In this document: positions 60,766 through 64,000 of the stretch, piece after piece
Position numbering within the stretch: the stretch's first letter is position 1
How the letters are laid out: each line of letters begins with the position of its first letter
Source of the DNA: Octopus sinensis
Taxonomy: Eukaryota
Length of the DNA: 64,000 bases
Assembly: GCF_006345805.1 (NCBI RefSeq)
Contig: NC_043007.1
Coordinates: forward strand, 14,384,001 to 14,448,000
Direction: 5' to 3'
The notes under the pieces: model-generated
The model's input: only the letters and a program-made list of their open reading frames with translations
What the model was told of the DNA's origin: nothing
Databases searched by the model: none
Position numbers and translations under genes: made by a program

Positions 60766-60819
60766 GTAAGCTAAAATATCTGCTGTTCGTTCATTGTTAA
60801 AAATAAATTGTGAATTAGC

Positions 60820-61135
60820 TAGATGGATCAATGCGTGTGCAGACAATTCGTCAATAGACAATTTGGCAACAGACAATTCATCGACCAACAATTTGGCAAC
60901 AGACGATTCATCGACAGACAATTTGGCAACAGGCAATTCCCACACGGCTACAGACTCAACATGGAGGCCGACATCAAGGTTGTGTTGCCCTGGGTCAAGA
61001 GGGTGGCTACTGGAACACCCTATGTCTGGCAACAAGACTTTGCATCATACCACACAATTGTCCTGTCTGTAAGTTGTCTGTCAGCCAATTGTTTGTTGGC
61101 CAACTTTCTGTCGACAAATTGTCCATCTACTGGAC
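60820..61135. mobile_element. element with subterminal GACAATT repeats in inverted arms enclosing a maT-like transposase fragment
   Basis: About 20-bp AGACAATT... repeats on the left, inverted counterparts on the right; centre reads RLNMEADIKVVLPWVKRVATGTPYVWQQDFASYHT. Confidence 0.6.
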
Positions 61136-62173
61136 CAGTGTATGTTAGTGGTAAGGAAAAAATGGAAAATTCCAGAGATGTATCAGGATTTGAACTCTCT
61201 AGACAAGAATTATTCTTTCAAGAGATTATTGCTATCTCCTTGTTTTGTTGCTTTTGTGTGTGTCATATTATATTTCTAGGTGTGGCTTGTCTATCTTTCT
61301 GCTGGGTCTGTTGTTCTGGTTGATGTTGAACACTAGATCAACACTTAAAGTACTAATCAAGTAGATTTACACTTATAGGAATTCCAAATGTGACCTTTTA
61401 GGAGTGACTACATTCTCTATTGCACCCTTTTTGCTTTTTAAAACAGTAAGGTGTGATTTGAGGGTGATTTGGTTGCTAGGTCTCACAGGCTGGGCTACAT
61501 ACAGGAGCCACTTTTGTGGCCCACTTGGGTTTTAGACTTAACCTGTTATTCAGTTTAACACCCTCACCTAGCACTTTGGGTCCCTTTAGCAAACTACACT
61601 CTGTTGCAAGTACTCAGGCCAACTCTACAGTTTGAGGATAACTTCTTCCTTCCTTTCCAACCTGTCTCAAAAGCCCTGAAAAGTATCATGAGCACTACAA
61701 TTCCCTCCTGACTAAAATATAATAAAAAAGAATTAAATACAATTGCAGCGTGGAAGGTGTTTATAAGCCATTTAAGAAACACACAAAACCCGTTAGATTC
61801 ACTTCAACATTTAAATTTAATTTGTCAAAATATTTTCGTCGCTTTGAGACCGTGACCTGTTCACTGACAAAACTTCAACAAAAATATTTTGACAAATTAA
61901 ATTTAAATCTCGAAGTGAATCTAACGGTTTTTCTGTGTTTCTTAAATGGCTTACAAACACCTTCCACACTGCAATTGTTTTCGTTCCAGCACACAATCTC
62001 AGATCAAGTCACTCGCTATGCAAGTACATCTCCGGAATTAAATACAGTTATCTTGTTAGGTAAAATTGGGCAGGTGAGGGCTGCTTCTCTAGAATGCACT
62101 GCTTCTGGTAGAATTTGAACCAACTGCACAACTATTGTACTACTGTCTCTAATACCAGGATTTTTGTTGCTAG

Positions 62174-62291
62174 GTTGAAGAGCTTCAAAATCACATGAAA
62201 AGAAGTGAACAAGAAAAAGTGCAACTTCAAGGCCAACTTCATGACCAAAGATTAGATGAGGACACAAGAGAGAGAGACAGACTGAAGCTTT
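62174..62291 (+). CDS. CEP128: CEP128 coding exon 10 (VEELQNHMKRSEQEKVQLQGQL...RDRLKL)
   Basis: AG/GTAAGT, phase 0-1; VEEL...K.E matches human VEELRTQLTKAE. Confidence 0.9.
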
Positions 62292-62499
62292 GTAAGTTTT
62301 ATCATTGTTGTATTATTTTCCCCCAAGAGTTCACGGCGTATGTGTTCCCCAGGAAGGGCCTTCCAGCTGTAGAAACTCTGCCAGATCAAGATTGGAGCCT
62401 GCTGCTGCTGCTGCTGCTGCTGCGGCGGCGGCGGCGAGGAGGAGGAGGAGGAGTCCAGACTGAAAGAAATGTGTGTAATATGTCTTATTTGATGATTTA

Positions 62500-62751
62500 C
62501 TAGAGACCATTATCAGTTTAGTGTTGAGTAATAAGTCAGACTTGAGGAGGATGATAATTCACAATAAGTCACTTCTATTGACTTTTTAATGGCTTTGCAG
62601 GGTGACTGGGGAAATGTAAAGATGTGCACGACCACCCTTGGACGGTTTTGAATGACCATAGAGAGTGCGAGCCCTCTAACTGAAAAATTGTGGATTTGTA
62701 TAAAGGACACACACACACAGACATACATTTTGCCGTTTATATATAGAGAGA
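62500..62751 (-). mobile_element. short non-autonomous Helitron (family H3-related)
   Basis: Minus strand A|TCTCTCTATATATAAAC ... CTAG|T; lacks a clear 3' GC hairpin. Confidence 0.7.
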
Positions 62752-62917
62752 TAACACTGAAACCCAATATTATCTTGGGAGCTGTGCACAGTTGCTTTAA
62801 GAGTTGCATGTTGCCTGTGAGGCATACAGTTTGACCACCATTGATATATATATATATATATAATATAACAGTATATTAAAACTATAGGTTGTCTGCTTTT
62901 TGTTCATATAATTTTAG

Positions 62918-63081
62918 TGGAAAGCGAACGAGAGAAAGAGAAGCAAAGACTGGACAAAGAACTACAAGAACTGAGACAACATCTCACAAACACTGTAGCA
63001 GTCGTTGCCGAGATGGATAATGTACGACAAAATATACATAAGAGTGAACAACAACGAGGTCAGCTCTCGGACCACATTGAG
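62918..63081 (+). CDS. CEP128: CEP128 coding exon 11 (ESEREKEKQRLDKELQELRQHL...QLSDHIE); gene continues beyond the window
   Basis: TTTTAG/GTAAAG, phase 1-0; coiled-coil heptads resembling human EREKQDLEKQMSDLR...LASQVE. Confidence 0.9.
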
Positions 63082-63310
63082 GTAAAGCACCTGTCTCTCC
63101 GCTGTCTGACTATTTATCTGTTTGTTTATATGTCTGTATCTCCTTACCTGTACCTATTATCTATTTGTTTATTCGTCATCCACGTTCACTATTCACTGCT
63201 TTTACCTCTGTCCTCATCTCTACTGTCTGTCACTCTCCTTTCACACTCTCATCAATCAACCTACCCACCCACCCACCCATCCTTGATTCTCTGTCCCTAT
63301 TTCTCTCTTT

Positions 63311-63827
63311 GTGGAGGCGCATGGCTTAGTGGTTAGGGTGTCAGCATCATGATCGTAAGACTGTGGTTTCGATTCCTGGACCAGGCGATGCATTGTGTTC
63401 TTGAGCAAAACACATCATTTCACGTTGCTCCAGTCCACTCAGCTGGCAAAAGTGAGTAACGCTGCGATGGACTGGCGTCCCATCCAGCTGGGGAACACAT
63501 ACGCCATTGAAACTGGGAAACCGGGCCCATGAGACTGGCTAGGCTTTAAAAGGGCGCATTTATTGTAGAGGCGCGTGGCTTAGTGGTTAGGGTGTCAGCA
63601 TCATGATCGTAAGATTGTGGTTTTGATTCCTGGACTGGGCAACGCATTGTGTTCTTGAGCAAAAGACTTCATTTCACGTTGCTCCAGTCCACTCAGCTGG
63701 CAAAAATGAGTAACGCTATGATGGACTGGCATCCCGTCCAGCTGGGGAACACATACGCCATTGAAACTGGGAAATCAGGACCATGAGCCTGGTTAAGCTT
63801 TAAAAGGGCGCATTTATTATTTATTTT
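63311..63827 (+). mobile_element. head-to-tail dimer of family D SINE within one 12-bp TSD
   Basis: Two full copies joined at about 63566; ATTTCTCTCTTT at 63299-63310 and 63828-63839. Confidence 0.85.
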
Positions 63828-64000
63828 ATTTCTCTCTTTATCCATCATCTTGTAACATTAGGGTGCGCCCGGTGTAACCCTCAGGCTAGTTGAATCCTGT
63901 TGAATCATCCCAACCCATGTCAAAATGGAATACAGACATCAAATGATGACAATTATGATGTGGCTGTTACCCATCCATCCATCCATCATCATCATCATCA

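Noticed and set aside
3038-63336. Many 60-170-aa ORFs in the track (MSSNARGT..., MPVPLDW..., YIYIYI, SSSS/CCCC types)
   Set aside because: They are translations of SINEs, RTE UTRs, Helitrons and microsatellites and recur wherever those repeats occur

Overview
This is AT-rich, repeat-dense eukaryotic genomic DNA. The SINE families, (TA)n-split elements and RTE-type (GAT)n tails look like those of Octopus or another coleoid cephalopod; that assignment is from memory, not a search. Three protein-coding loci are supported. (1) A minus-strand gene whose CDS lies in one exon (17777-18967) and encodes four widely spaced C2H2 zinc fingers; its probable non-coding first exon and promoter are near 23.2-23.6 kb. 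(2) A 393-aa intronless, low-complexity ORF at 35937-37118 (+) with no recognisable domain. (3) The 5' part of a CEP128 (centriolar coiled-coil protein) orthologue on +, with 11 frame-consistent coding exons (408 codons) from 48699 to 63081 that continue past the window end. Most of the remaining sequence is mobile DNA: four or more tRNA-derived SINE families, RTE, CR1 and CRE-like LINE remnants, Gypsy LTRs and a gag-protease remnant, non-autonomous Helitrons, and hAT, Tc1/mariner, piggyBac-like and Merlin-like MITEs, several with intact TSDs. The most unusual observations are an LTR joined to a 38-nt copy of mature tRNA-Trp including CCA (the structure of read-through plus-strand strong-stop cDNA), multi-unit SINE concatemers bounded by a single TSD, a near-perfect fold-back inside a SINE, the orphan ORF, and a perfect 32-bp palindrome upstream of CEP128. 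Coordinates were counted by hand and protein identities rest on remembered sequences; no alignments or database searches were run.
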